From Candidatus Adlerbacteria bacterium (lineage in GTDB: Bacteria > Patescibacteriota > Minisyncoccia > Phycocordibacterales > SBAW01): 64,000 nt of DNA. The stretch's first letter is position 1, and every line of letters starts with the position of its first letter. Below are positions 21,207-31,556 of the stretch, piece after piece. The translations under genes were made by a program, and so were the position numbers. The stretch spans positions 129,073-193,072 of the forward strand of contig JAQBRA010000002.1 of NCBI GenBank assembly GCA_028286685.1. Direction: 5' to 3'. The notes beneath the pieces were generated by a model. The model had not been told where the DNA came from. It saw nothing but the letters and a program-made list of their open reading frames with translations, and did not search any database.

Positions 21207-22742
21207 CTACTTTATCCCCCGCATGACCCAGTAGGGCTCTGCCAGGCTTTCGGAACCGTACACACCCACATCCCAGGCCGTATCGTCTATGACTAATTCG
21301 TAGCGGTATGACGGATTAAACATAACAGGAGAGCCGTTAAAGTTCTGCCCATTCGCCGGAGGATTACTGAAGTTGGCAGTCCAATACTTGTTGCCGGTCC
21401 TCTGAGAAGCTTCTTCGGCAATAATGTCAGTGCGGCCTAAGAGTGCGGGACGCTTTATAGCTAAGTCTGGGCGACTCTCCTGAGTTGCTGCTTCAACCCA
21501 ATCAGGGCAAGCATCCCCTGCTTCGGTATAGCACCTAATCATGATAAACCAGATGTGCTGAGGAGTGACCAGATTTGTTTCGTCCCTTGCGATAGTTATA
21601 GACTGTAGCGCTCCCCCGCCGAGCGTTGAGCCCTCTCCCAGATCGATTATTGCCTGGTTAGTTTCTTGGCCCAGCTTGTTGATATCATGCCCGTTAACGA
21701 AGCTGAGTTTATCGTCGTCATTGCAGTAAAGCCAGGAGCTCCCGCACAAGAAGGACTCGTCATTCTGCTCCTTCATAGTGTAGATAACAGGCTCTGGGGT
21801 AGTTATTTCCTCCTGATAAACGCCAACTGCAAAAGTGCTCGAGGCCGTATTGCCTGCCGCGTCGCTTGCGGTACAGGTAACGGTAGTGGTACCCAAGACG
21901 AAGGCTGAACCGGATGCAGGCTCGCAAGCTACAACAACTTCACTATCGCGATTGTCGGTAGCCGTAGGGAGCTCGTAGGAAATCTCTATGCTCTCTTGGG
22001 TAGTGGTGGCTACAACATCGGCATGCGGGGCGATAACCGGGGCCGTGGTGTCTGGAATCGCCGTGGCAGTAACGACTACCTTAAACGAGCTGGTAGCCGT
22101 ATTGTTTGCAGCGTCCTTGGCGGTGCAGGCAACCGTGGTAGTACCCAGGGTAAAAGTCGAGCCGGATGCGGGCAGACAGGCTACCGTAACAGTCGCGTCC
22201 ACATTGTCCGTAGCAGTAGGGAGCGCGTAAGAAACCGGGGTGCTCGTTCCTGTAGTAGCGGCTGCAACGTTAGCATGCACTGCAATGACCGGGGCTACGG
22301 TGTCCGAAACTGGAGCCGTAGGCTTGATTACTGTAACCGAGGAACCGTCGGTCGGCGGGCAGAAGCCGATAAACGGCAGGCGCACCGAGGAGCATAAGGA
22401 AATGTTGCCGGCCGTGTCCACCAAGGTCAGGAGGTAGGCAACCTTGCCGGTCGGGTCTTTGGATCCGACGGTGTAGGAAGCGTCCCAGCTGTTGCCGGAG
22501 GAGTTGCGCGCCTTAACAAAAATAGCATGGGTATTTACCAGGACTATCGGAGTAACTTTCTCGTTTGCGGTAAAAGTAATCGTAACCTTGTCCCCTGCCT
22601 TAGCCTGGGCAGGATTAGCGTTATTGGAGCCTATGTGGACCGAGACGACAGACGGAGCAGTCTTATCTTTAGGAGTGGACGCTTCAGCTAATACGGGGCT
22701 AAAAAGACCAAGAACCAGCACAAGGGCGGTTAGGGTTTTCAT
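21207..22742 (-). CDS. Secreted HYR-domain surface protein
   Basis: Signal peptide; two repeats DT.APVI...PTATDN.D...V.C.PASGS.F.LGTTTV.CTA.DAA.NTA. Confidence 0.85.
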   Translation of the reverse strand: MKTLTALVLVLGLFSPVLAEASTPKDKTAPSVVSVHIGSNNANPAQAKAGDKVTITFTANEKVTPIVLVNTHAIFVKARNSSGNSWDASYTVGSKDPTGKVAYLLTLVDTAGNISLCSSVRLPFIGFCPPTDGSSVTVIKPTAPVSDTVAPVIAVHANVAAATTGTSTPVSYALPTATDNVDATVTVACLPASGSTFTLGTTTVACTAKDAANNTATSSFKVVVTATAIPDTTAPVIAPHADVVATTTQESIEISYELPTATDNRDSEVVVACEPASGSAFVLGTTTVTCTASDAAGNTASSTFAVGVYQEEITTPEPVIYTMKEQNDESFLCGSSWLYCNDDDKLSFVNGHDINKLGQETNQAIIDLGEGSTLGGGALQSITIARDETNLVTPQHIWFIMIRCYTEAGDACPDWVEAATQESRPDLAIKRPALLGRTDIIAEEASQRTGNKYWTANFSNPPANGQNFNGSPVMFNPSYRYELVIDDTAWDVGVYGSESLAEPYWVMRGIK

Positions 22743-22845
22743 ATGCCAAGAGAATAGCATGATCCAATAAAAGCGCAAGAGTCGTCAAGAGGCTCCCAAA
22801 ACAAAACCCGGAATATCCGGGGTTTTGTCCGCTATGCATAGAGAA

Positions 22846-23322
22846 TTAATTACAGCCTGCGCCGGTAAACGGAGTTGAGGTTGCACTGCTGACGCAGACC
22901 TCGCCAGCGCCCAAGGTGCCCGCACCAGACTCCAAGTAAGTCCTGATCAGCCAATTGTTGAAATTAGCCGCACCGGTGCCCGCCGTGTTGGATACGGTGT
23001 AGTTGCAGACAGAGACAGGGCTTGCGATACAAGTGCCCGTGCCGGAAGGATCGTTAAATGCGGAGAAGTCCGGAGAGGTGCAGGTAGAAGCAACGCTGTA
23101 CCCTGCAGTCGTGCAAGTAGAGAAAGCTGTAGAAGTGTCAACGCTATTGCTCAGGTTGATAACCCGAACCATCTGGCCGAGCTCGGCTACGCGCTTGGCG
23201 TCGCGGCCCTTGCCGCGTGCGCCGTTAAGGGAAACAAGCACTATAGAGGCCAAAATACCGATAATTGCTATAACGACCAAAAGCTCGATGAGGGTAAAGC
23301 CTCGGGGTTGCTTGTTTTGCAT
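22846..23322 (-). CDS. Type IV major pilin paralog
   Basis: [21 protein letters not shown]; followed by a terminator hairpin at about 22800-22828. Confidence 0.92.
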   Translation of the reverse strand: MQNKQPRGFTLIELLVVIAIIGILASIVLVSLNGARGKGRDAKRVAELGQMVRVINLSNSVDTSTAFSTCTTAGYSVASTCTSPDFSAFNDPSGTGTCIASPVSVCNYTVSNTAGTGAANFNNWLIRTYLESGAGTLGAGEVCVSSATSTPFTGAGCN

Positions 23323-23380
23323 AGCACCAGTATATCCCGCCCCTCCCCCGCTTAGGCAGCGTGTGGGGATAAGGTGCTAA

Positions 23381-23857
23381 CTAGATGCAGCCTGCGCCCG
23401 TAAAAGGAGTTGTGGTCGCATCGCTTATGCAGACCTTTCCTGAAGGAATGGATCCTGCCCCAGACTCAAGATACGTCTTTATCTGCCAGTTATTAAAGAG
23501 AGCGCCGGCCGTCCCGTCTCGCTTTGACACCGCATAATCGCACGGCGCCGAAAGCGTACCCGTGGTGCAAGCAACAGCGCTGGAAGGGTCAATAAAACTT
23601 CCAAAACTGGGAGAAGAACAGGTACTTGCTCGTGCATAAGCGCCTGTGCAGGTAGAAAAAGCCGCACTGGTATCAACGCTGCTGCTCAGGTTGATTACTC
23701 GTACCATTTGGCCTAACTCTGAAATACGCTTTGCATCACGGCCCTTGCCGCGTGCGCCGTTAAGAGAAACGAGAACGATAGAGGCCAAGATGCCAATGAT
23801 GGCGATGACAACCAGGAGCTCGATGAGGGTAAAGCCTCGGGGTTGCTTGTTTTGCAT
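23381..23857 (-). CDS. Type IV major pilin paralog
   Basis: Same N-terminus as neighbours, divergent Cys-rich C-terminus. Confidence 0.92.
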   Translation of the reverse strand: MQNKQPRGFTLIELLVVIAIIGILASIVLVSLNGARGKGRDAKRISELGQMVRVINLSSSVDTSAAFSTCTGAYARASTCSSPSFGSFIDPSSAVACTTGTLSAPCDYAVSKRDGTAGALFNNWQIKTYLESGAGSIPSGKVCISDATTTPFTGAGCI

Positions 23858-23976
23858 AGCACCAGTATATCCCGCCCCTCCCCCGCCTGGCCATCCAGTG
23901 GGGACAAACTGAAGATGCTAAGGAAAACAAAAAACCCGGCTTGGGCCGGGTTTTTTGTTACTAACAGAAAGTTAGA

Positions 23977-24462
23977 TTAGAGGCACTGGTACGGAGTGGA
24001 GGTTGCGCTGCCGATGCAGACACCGCCAGCGACAAGAGAACCTGCTCCGGTCTCGAGGTAGGTGCGTACGCGCCAGTTCTGGGTGGTCATACCTGTTGCA
24101 ACACCTGCCGCAGTAGACATAACATATTGGCAAGCAGCGGAAAGCGTTCCTGACAACGCACACGAAGCAGTTGCAGTGGTCGGGTCAGAGAACTGGGTCA
24201 AGCTCAAGCCTGTTGCAGTACAGGTGCTTACGCTGCCGACCAACGGAGAGACACCCGAACAAGTAATGGGCGCTGCAGGGTCGGTGTCAGCAACTGCTAC
24301 CGCGCGGGCGATCTGCTGGAGCTCGGCTACACGCTTCGCATCACGGCCCTTGCCGCGTGCGCCGTTAAGAGAAACGAGAACGATAGAGGCCAAGATGCCA
24401 ATGATGGCGATGACAACCAGGAGCTCGATGAGGGTAAAGCCTCGGGAGAACTTTTTATGCAT
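23977..24462 (-). CDS. Type IV major pilin paralog
   Basis: Same prepilin helix; terminator hairpin at about 23926-23959. Confidence 0.92.
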   Translation of the reverse strand: MHKKFSRGFTLIELLVVIAIIGILASIVLVSLNGARGKGRDAKRVAELQQIARAVAVADTDPAAPITCSGVSPLVGSVSTCTATGLSLTQFSDPTTATASCALSGTLSAACQYVMSTAAGVATGMTTQNWRVRTYLETGAGSLVAGGVCIGSATSTPYQCL

Positions 24463-24592
24463 ATGCTTAAACTAAGTAATAAATCTGCGATTAATGGATA
24501 GGCCGCAGGTAGCCCTAGTATAGCTGCCCTCTGGAAGGCCTCATAGAGACCCTGTGGATAGCTCTCCTTAAGCGACCCCCGGAAGACCCCGA

Positions 24593-25810
24593 CTAGAGGG
24601 CCGAGGCGGTGTTGTATATAGGGAGGAGCACGGCAGCCAAGAGGAAGCCGACACCCAAAGCGAGCGCCACAATGAGTGCCGGCTCGATAAGGGAAACGAG
24701 GGTATCAACCGCGGCATTAACCTCGCGGTTGTAGAACTTGGCCAGGCGTTCGAGCAGGGTCCCCATCTCGCCAGTCTCCTCGCCGATCTGGACCATCTGG
24801 GCAAATATGGCCGGAACGTCGCCGGGACTGTAGCGCGCCAAGGCCTGGGAGAGCGGCGCGCCGCCCTTAACCGAGTCTATCGCGTCGCGCATGATTGCCT
24901 CGTACACGTCGTTTTCCACAACCTCGGCGGTAATCTCCAGAGCGCGCACCATAGCAATGCCCGAGCCGAGCATCACGTTCATGTTGTCGGCAATACGCGC
25001 CAAGAAGAGCTTTTGGTACAGCTGGCCGATGTACGGGACCGAGAGCTGGAGCCGCGAGAGGGCCAGGTGCCCCACCGGCGTCTGCACGTAGCGCCAGATG
25101 AAGTATCCGCTGACAATGAGGCCCACTAAAAGGAATATGCCGTAGTCGATAAGGAAGGTGCTGAACCCGAGAATAATCTGGGTGTAGAGCGGCAGCGCCT
25201 GGCCAGAGTCCGAGAGGATGCCGCCGATCTTCGGAATAACGACCGTGAGCATCAGGACCATGACGCCCACGAACGTAACCATGATAAACGCCGGGTAAAT
25301 AAGGGCGTTGCGGGCCTTGGCAGTAAGCTCGTAGCTACGGTCGATATAATCGGCCAAGAAGAGGAAGGTCTGGTCCAGCTTGCCCGACTCCTCGCCGGCA
25401 CGGACCATGTTCGTATAGAAAGACGAGAAGACCTTAGGGTGTTTGGCCAAAGAAACCGATATAGAGTTGCCGCCCTGCAGGTCGTCGCTAATTTGCGCCA
25501 GCACCTGGCGCAAGTACGGCTTGTCGGCCTGCTCGGCCAAAAGGCGGAAGATGCGCAAGGCGGAAACCTGGGCCTCGAAGAGCGTCGCTATCTGGCGCGA
25601 GAGAAGCACCAGGTTGCGGCTTGATACGCCCTCGAAGAACGACATCTTGCCGAACGATTCCATGAAGGACTTTTCCTGCGCCCCGGTAATGGAGGTAATG
25701 GTGATGCCCTTGCGCTGAACCGCATCAATAGCGCCGTCTTGGGTATTGGCGTTAATGACGCCGCTTTGCGATTTGCCTGCCTGGTCGAGTCCCTCGTACT
25801 TAAATTCCAT
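24593..25810 (-). CDS. pilC: Type IV pilus platform protein (GspF family)
   Basis: AGEESGKL, ALIYP, IGEETG, LIEP duplicated domains. Confidence 0.95.
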   Translation of the reverse strand: MEFKYEGLDQAGKSQSGVINANTQDGAIDAVQRKGITITSITGAQEKSFMESFGKMSFFEGVSSRNLVLLSRQIATLFEAQVSALRIFRLLAEQADKPYLRQVLAQISDDLQGGNSISVSLAKHPKVFSSFYTNMVRAGEESGKLDQTFLFLADYIDRSYELTAKARNALIYPAFIMVTFVGVMVLMLTVVIPKIGGILSDSGQALPLYTQIILGFSTFLIDYGIFLLVGLIVSGYFIWRYVQTPVGHLALSRLQLSVPYIGQLYQKLFLARIADNMNVMLGSGIAMVRALEITAEVVENDVYEAIMRDAIDSVKGGAPLSQALARYSPGDVPAIFAQMVQIGEETGEMGTLLERLAKFYNREVNAAVDTLVSLIEPALIVALALGVGFLLAAVLLPIYNTASAL

Positions 25811-25819
25811 ATATCTATA

Positions 25820-26881
25820 TTAAATCAGCCTTTGCAGGACGTTAGGGTTCAGCGAGCGGGCGTAGGCGCTCTCGACCGAGATTTCCCCGGCACGCACCAG
25901 GTCGGCCAGCGAGCGGTTCATATCTATCATCCCCTCTTGCGCCCCGGTCTCGATAACCGTCTGTATCTCGTGGGAGCGCTTCTCGCGGATCAGGTTCTGC
26001 ACTGCGGGGTTTGATATCAGAAGCTCGCATGCTGGAATGAGCCCGCCCGAGACACGGGGCACGAGCCGCTGGCTGAATATGCCCGCCAAAGAGCCCGCAA
26101 GCTGTACACGTATCTGGTCTTGCTGCGCCGCCGGGAAGGTGTCGATGATGCGGTCGATAGTCTGCGCCGCATTGTTGGTGTGGAGTGTGGAGAACACCAA
26201 GTGGCCGGTTTCTGCGGCAGTTACCGCTGCGGCCATAGTCTCCGGGTCGCGCATTTCGCCGAGCATAAGCACGTCGACGTCCTGGCGGAAGACGCTGGTA
26301 AGCGCCTGCGGGAAGTCGGTGGTGTCCACGCGTACCTCGCGCTGCTCAATAAGCGACTTTTTGTTTTCAAACAAATATTCGATAGGATCCTCGATCGTTA
26401 CGATATGCTCGGCGCGCTCTTGATTTATCTTTTCAATGAGTGCCGCGAGCGTAGTCGTCTTGCCCTGCCCTACCGGGCCCACTACGAGGAAAAATCCCTG
26501 CTCGCGCCCTGCAAAGGACGCGAGCGCGGGCGGCAGATTTAGTTCAGCCAGCGTGCGTATCTGGCGCGGAATAAGCCGGAGCGCCACGCCGGGGCGCCCC
26601 CGCTCGAAGTACGCATTGCCGCGAAAGCGGGCCTTGTCCCCGTGCGCATAGCTAAAGTCCGCCTCCTGCGCCTGCATAAATTTCTGCTTGCGCTCGGGCG
26701 ATATCATCTCGCCGATGAGACCCATCATGTCCTCTTGGGTAAGCGCCTGCTCGGACAGTATCGGGGTCAGCGACCCTGACACGCGGATGATGGGCTGCAC
26801 CCCGGTCGAGAGGTGCAGGTCGGATGCGCCTTGGGCTATAACGAGCTCGATAAGCGTGTTGAGTTTTGTTTTGTAGTCCAT
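25820..26881 (-). CDS. pilT: Type IV pilus retraction ATPase
   Basis: ASDLHL, GPVGQGKTTT, TIEDPIE, GEMRD, AAETGHLV.STLHTN, NLIRE. Confidence 0.95.
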   Translation of the reverse strand: MDYKTKLNTLIELVIAQGASDLHLSTGVQPIIRVSGSLTPILSEQALTQEDMMGLIGEMISPERKQKFMQAQEADFSYAHGDKARFRGNAYFERGRPGVALRLIPRQIRTLAELNLPPALASFAGREQGFFLVVGPVGQGKTTTLAALIEKINQERAEHIVTIEDPIEYLFENKKSLIEQREVRVDTTDFPQALTSVFRQDVDVLMLGEMRDPETMAAAVTAAETGHLVFSTLHTNNAAQTIDRIIDTFPAAQQDQIRVQLAGSLAGIFSQRLVPRVSGGLIPACELLISNPAVQNLIREKRSHEIQTVIETGAQEGMIDMNRSLADLVRAGEISVESAYARSLNPNVLQRLI

Positions 26882-26899
26882 GAAAGTAGCTTTCTCTTA

Positions 26900-28771
26900 T
26901 TACACTTCTACCTCGATTTCTTTTGCCGGAGCGGCGACGGATGCATTGGTTTCTTCCCCGCTTTCAGTAATGGCTACGGGGCTCGGCGCCGCCGCTGCCG
27001 CCGCATCGTCGGCCAGGTCAAATTCGCCGCCCAGGGTGTTTACTTCTTCAAACGGGATCACTCCCTTGGCTGATTTGATGATAGCATCCTCCTTCATGGT
27101 GAGCATGCCGCTTTTGCGCACGATGCCGAACAGTTCGTCCTCGGGCTTGCCCGCCAGAATGGCGCGCTCAAGCTCGGTATTCATATCAAACACTTCAAAG
27201 CAGGCAATGCGTCCGTGGGTGCCCGATGGGCAGTCCGCCGTGGCTTCCAGCCGGTATACCTCCGAGAGGTCGGGCAAATCTTTCTTGTACTCATCCGGCA
27301 GGTCGGCAAATTCCTTCTCGAGCATTTCCTTGGTGCTGCCGTCGACAGTCACTTTCTTGCCGCCGCCCTCGCACAGAGTCTGCACCAGGCGCTGCGCCAC
27401 GCCCAGTATGAGTACCGGCGGAATCAGGTACGGCTCTACGCCCATGTCCAAGAGGCGCGGCACGATGCCCACCGAGTTGTTGGTGTGGATGGTGGAGAGC
27501 ACGAGGTGGCCCGTAAGCGCCGCCTGCACCGCCAGGTTGGCGGTTTCGGAGTCGCGGATCTCGCCGACCATGATGACGTTCGGGTCTTGGCGGAGCGTCG
27601 TGCGCAGGCCGTTGGCGAACGTGTAACCTATTTCCGGCCGCACCTGCGACTGAGAAACGCCCGGGATCACGTACTCGACCGGGTCTTCCAAGGAGAGCAC
27701 GTTGTTGCGCTCGCGGTCGATCTCGTTGAGGAGCGTGTAGAGCGTCGTTGATTTACCCGAGCCGGTCGGGCCGGAAACGAGGATGAGCCCGTAGGGCTTC
27801 TTGATAGCCGATTTGATGAGATTGAGGTTGCGCGGCGTCAGCCCTACGCCGTCGAGCTTCCAGTCCTTGGTCTGCACGCCCAAAATACGCATCACCACCT
27901 TCTCGCCGTAATAGGTCGGGAAGGTCGAGACGCGGAAGTCCACCTTGGTCCCCGACACGCGCGCCGAGAAGCGGCCGTCCTGCGGCTTGCGCTTCTCGTC
28001 CAGGCGCATGTTCGACATAACCTTGATGCGCGCCACGACCGCGCCGTGGACCTTGGGAGGGAGCGTGATGTTGGTCAGGAGCACGCCGTCGACGCGGAAA
28101 CGCACGCGCGTCTGATCTACCAGGGGTTCTATGTGGATGTCGGAGGCGCGCTGCTCGGAGGCATGGCGCAGAATGGTGGCAACGATCTTGGTAACCGGCG
28201 CATCCTCTGACATCGCCGAGGATTCTGTCTCGGTTACCAGTTCCTCGTCTAAGACCACGGAAGCCTTCTCGCCCTTTTTTTCCTGGGCCTGGCTTTCCGC
28301 AATATTTTCAACTTCGAACTCGCCCAGGGCCTTGCCCACCTCGCCCGAGAGCCCCTTATACTGACTGAGCAGCTTCTCAAAGTCGCTCTCGAGGATAAGG
28401 AAGAGTTTGTAGGGCATCCCGACCTTCGAGGATATGAAGGTAAGCGCATCGCGCGCCTCAAGGTTGTCAGGGTCGACAATGCCGACCTCGAGGACACCGT
28501 CCTTGATGCCGATTGGCACTAAGTTGTAATGGCGCGCGGACTCTTCGGGCACGTAGCGCAAAATGTCGAACGGCACCGCAGACTCCCCTATCTCGCGCGT
28601 CGGCACGCCAAAGTACTTGCCTTTGGCCGCCAACAAATCAGAGAGCTTCACGCCGGCCTTCTGCAGTTCAAACTCCGGTTTGGCATCGGGCTTGGCAAGC
28701 AGAACCTCAAGCTCGGGTATCTGTCCCCGCTCGATCAGGCGCGCATCAGCAAGCAATTCAAGAAGATTCAT
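26900..28771 (-). CDS. pilB: Type IV pilus extension ATPase
   Basis: ASDIHIEP, PQDGR, GPTGSGKSTT, LRQDP, GEIRD; N-terminal GspE domain. Confidence 0.95.
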   Translation of the reverse strand: MNLLELLADARLIERGQIPELEVLLAKPDAKPEFELQKAGVKLSDLLAAKGKYFGVPTREIGESAVPFDILRYVPEESARHYNLVPIGIKDGVLEVGIVDPDNLEARDALTFISSKVGMPYKLFLILESDFEKLLSQYKGLSGEVGKALGEFEVENIAESQAQEKKGEKASVVLDEELVTETESSAMSEDAPVTKIVATILRHASEQRASDIHIEPLVDQTRVRFRVDGVLLTNITLPPKVHGAVVARIKVMSNMRLDEKRKPQDGRFSARVSGTKVDFRVSTFPTYYGEKVVMRILGVQTKDWKLDGVGLTPRNLNLIKSAIKKPYGLILVSGPTGSGKSTTLYTLLNEIDRERNNVLSLEDPVEYVIPGVSQSQVRPEIGYTFANGLRTTLRQDPNVIMVGEIRDSETANLAVQAALTGHLVLSTIHTNNSVGIVPRLLDMGVEPYLIPPVLILGVAQRLVQTLCEGGGKKVTVDGSTKEMLEKEFADLPDEYKKDLPDLSEVYRLEATADCPSGTHGRIACFEVFDMNTELERAILAGKPEDELFGIVRKSGMLTMKEDAIIKSAKGVIPFEEVNTLGGEFDLADDAAAAAAPSPVAITESGEETNASVAAPAKEIEVEV

Positions 28772-28878
28772 TTATATAAGTATAGCGCGTCCTCTTGAAA
28801 CGGAGGCGCGCTATCAACAAAAACAAGCGGTGCTTTCGTCCCGAGTACGGGACATACGAGTTGTCGCGGACTCCTCCC

Positions 28879-29232
28879 TTAACGTGCAGAGGTGCTCGAG
28901 CCGGTGGTTGTGCCGGTGCTGGCAGGAGGAGTGCTTCCGCTGGAGCCTACCGGAGCAAATGGATTGCGGCGGCCGGCGGCGGCCGGAGGGATAGTCACGC
29001 CGAAATCCGAGAGCGACACGAACAAGGGGTCGCTAAAGACCGAGTTGTCGAGCTTGATCGTGCGCAGGTTGCCCAAGGTCGCCAGGATTTCTTGCGATAC
29101 CGGAGAGCCGTTTGCTTCGTCAGAAGAGAGGAGCGGCGCAGAACCGCCGGAAGAATAGAAATAGAACAGCGCGCCAAGCGCCACCACGACGATACCGATG
29201 ACAACCATATTTTTCTTGAGAAGGGCCATCAT
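28879..29232 (-). CDS. Pilus accessory protein (PilP-position)
   Basis: Single TM, GRRNPFAP motif; follows pilO. Confidence 0.65.
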   Translation of the reverse strand: MMALLKKNMVVIGIVVVALGALFYFYSSGGSAPLLSSDEANGSPVSQEILATLGNLRTIKLDNSVFSDPLFVSLSDFGVTIPPAAAGRRNPFAPVGSSGSTPPASTGTTTGSSTSAR

Positions 29233-29237
29233 AAAAA

Positions 29238-29786
29238 TTAGTGGAGCCAGTAGGTCCTAATAGTAAGCGCGAAGGTATATTTGCCCGCTCCTGCCGAGAC
29301 AAAGGACAGTTTCTGCACATCGAGAATGCGCAAGCTGTGCTCGATGTCCTGCAAGAAGATCAGGAAGTCCTCGTACGAAGCGACGACGGAAAAGCCAAGC
29401 GACACCGAGCCCAAGGGATCGCCCGAGGGGCCGATAGAGAGGGCATTCTGCTGGGTCGAGGCATTGGACACCTCGCCCAAGACTACGCTCGAGAGCGAGA
29501 GTCCGCGCCGGGCGGCGATGTTGTTTATGTCGATGATAAGGCGGATGTTGTCGACATTGTCGGGAATAAGGCGCACGAGCTTCTGCTCGTCCTCAGGGCT
29601 GAATGCGTTACGCGCCGACTGCAACTTGTCGCGCAAACCCTTGAGTTCCTGGGATTTGTCGAGCGCGTCGTCGTAGGCCGCAACCTTGGTCTGCGTGGCC
29701 TTAAGCCCCTGATAGGTCGGATTGGTCCACGCCACGAAAAGCCCGATGGCTGCGATAGTGAGTATGACGGGGAGTAGGAAGCGCAT
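29238..29786 (-). CDS. pilO: Type IV pilus alignment protein PilO
   Basis: TM plus coiled coil, LIP, SYEDF..FL..IE.S.RI. Confidence 0.8.
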   Translation of the reverse strand: MRFLLPVILTIAAIGLFVAWTNPTYQGLKATQTKVAAYDDALDKSQELKGLRDKLQSARNAFSPEDEQKLVRLIPDNVDNIRLIIDINNIAARRGLSLSSVVLGEVSNASTQQNALSIGPSGDPLGSVSLGFSVVASYEDFLIFLQDIEHSLRILDVQKLSFVSAGAGKYTFALTIRTYWLH

Positions 29787-29787
29787 A

Positions 29788-30384
29788 TTAGTTTTGAGGA
29801 ATCTCGGCGCCGCTAGCGTTGCGGGCGTAACTGAGCAGCGACGGGTCGACCCGGGCCGATACGGAAAATACTACGCGGCCGGAAGAGTCGGTCGTAATGC
29901 CGGAAAATATGACGTCCCGCAAAGCCTTGGCGGCGCTAAACTGGTCGGACTGCAGGGCCAGGCTCGAGAAGGAGTCCGCGACGCCGGCCATCAAGAGCTT
30001 GGCCGAGCCGTCGCCGCTCATTTCCAGGTCGAGCGAGGTAAACTGCACGCGCTCAAGCGTCGTCGCCGAGAGGAAGGTGAACACGCCCGAGGGCGCCACA
30101 TGCCTCCCCAGGAGCTCCTGCGCCTGGTCGAGCCGCATATCAAGACGCTCGAGGTCTTGTATGGAGCGGGTATCAAAGGCTCCTTCCGCTTTTTTAAGAG
30201 ACTCGTCCTTGCTGGCCAAAGCCGAGTCCAGGTATTGGCCGTAGGCAAATGCCCCGCCGGCCGCCGCGAGCGATATCACAAACAAGAGTATCGAGAGGAA
30301 GGTTACGAGTCCGCCTCCGCCGCGAGAGGTCTCCCCTACCAGGGGCTTCTTAGGTATGAACGATGTGGGCACTTGCGGATCCAT
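29788..30384 (-). CDS. pilN: Type IV pilus alignment protein PilN-like
   Basis: TSFIPK N-terminal motif, TM, coiled coil; between pilM and pilO. Confidence 0.7.
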   Translation of the reverse strand: MDPQVPTSFIPKKPLVGETSRGGGGLVTFLSILLFVISLAAAGGAFAYGQYLDSALASKDESLKKAEGAFDTRSIQDLERLDMRLDQAQELLGRHVAPSGVFTFLSATTLERVQFTSLDLEMSGDGSAKLLMAGVADSFSSLALQSDQFSAAKALRDVIFSGITTDSSGRVVFSVSARVDPSLLSYARNASGAEIPQN

Positions 30385-30451
30385 TTAGATACAGTATATA
30401 GCGCAAAATTTAGCAAGCTCCTTCATATCAACACATGAGCCTTTAAAAGCC

Positions 30452-31537
30452 CTAGCCCAAGTCCTGCAATCTGCGCAGCGCCAAGCCCACGGCCACGGAA
30501 AATTCGGGGCCGGCTTCCTTGAGGATCGCCTCGAGAAATGCGGGCGCCTGCGTCTTGCCGAACGGGTCCGAGAGGCGCAGCTCATTCTGTATCTTTGCCT
30601 GCATGAATTCCTTGAGGCCCTTGAGGGTCGCTCCCCCGCCGGTCAGCACCAAGGCGCCCAGGCTCTGGTTGTGCGATTGCTCCCAGGTAGAGGCGGTGCG
30701 GGCAATCTCTGCCACGAGCGGCGTCAGGGAAAGCTCCAGAGACTGCTTGATGCTGTTTTCAGGAATGGAGAGGAGTCCGAACTTGCGCTTGCGCTCCTCG
30801 GCCTGCGCCACCGTAATGCCAAGGCCGCGCGAGGCAGCCAAGGTCATGTCCTGGCTGCCGTGGTTTATGATATGGCTCTCGCGTATGAGCCCGCGCTCGA
30901 CGATATAAAACTTGGTAGTAGCGGCGCCCATGTCCACAACCGCCACCGGAGCCAGCCCGTGGTCGAGCGCGGCGCGCACGGCGCTAAAGACCTCGATTTC
31001 AAAAAAGGATACCGCGAGCGTCGCATCCGCCGCCATGGCGCGAAACTTGGCTATCGTGTCGTTGTGTATCGCCACCAAAAGGACCTCTATCTTGCCGTCT
31101 TTACCCGCCTCCTTGCCGCCGGTAACCACGAACCAGTCCAAGAGCACCTCGTTTATGGGCACCGGTATGTATTTGCGGGCCTCAATCGGCATCACCGAGG
31201 CAAGCTGGCTTTCAAGGGACGACTGGAGCTTAACGAGCGATATGAGGCTCGAGGCGTACGGAATCGAGATGGCGGCATCCTTGGTCGTGACATTTGCCTC
31301 GCGGATAACGTCCTTGAGGGCCTCGCCTATTTTTTCCGCCGAGAGAGAAGTGGCACGGCCGATCTCCACACCCGCGTAGGGGCCGAGCGCTATCGCGCCG
31401 TACGTTTCAAGCACCACGCGGCCGTGCTCGCGGCGCAGCTGCACTACTTTTATAGATGAGGTGCCTATGTCGATGCCCAAGACGCTCTGCGTCGGCTTGG
31501 AGAACATGGTAGACAGCGATGAGAGAGAGAACGCCAT
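30452..31537 (-). CDS. pilM: Type IV pilus actin-like protein
   Basis: LGIDIGTSSIK, EARKYIP, VDMGA, LTGGGA, AVGLALR. Confidence 0.95.
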   Translation of the reverse strand: MAFSLSSLSTMFSKPTQSVLGIDIGTSSIKVVQLRREHGRVVLETYGAIALGPYAGVEIGRATSLSAEKIGEALKDVIREANVTTKDAAISIPYASSLISLVKLQSSLESQLASVMPIEARKYIPVPINEVLLDWFVVTGGKEAGKDGKIEVLLVAIHNDTIAKFRAMAADATLAVSFFEIEVFSAVRAALDHGLAPVAVVDMGAATTKFYIVERGLIRESHIINHGSQDMTLAASRGLGITVAQAEERKRKFGLLSIPENSIKQSLELSLTPLVAEIARTASTWEQSHNQSLGALVLTGGGATLKGLKEFMQAKIQNELRLSDPFGKTQAPAFLEAILKEAGPEFSVAVGLALRRLQDLG

Positions 31538-31556
31538 GATGCTCTATTATATCACC

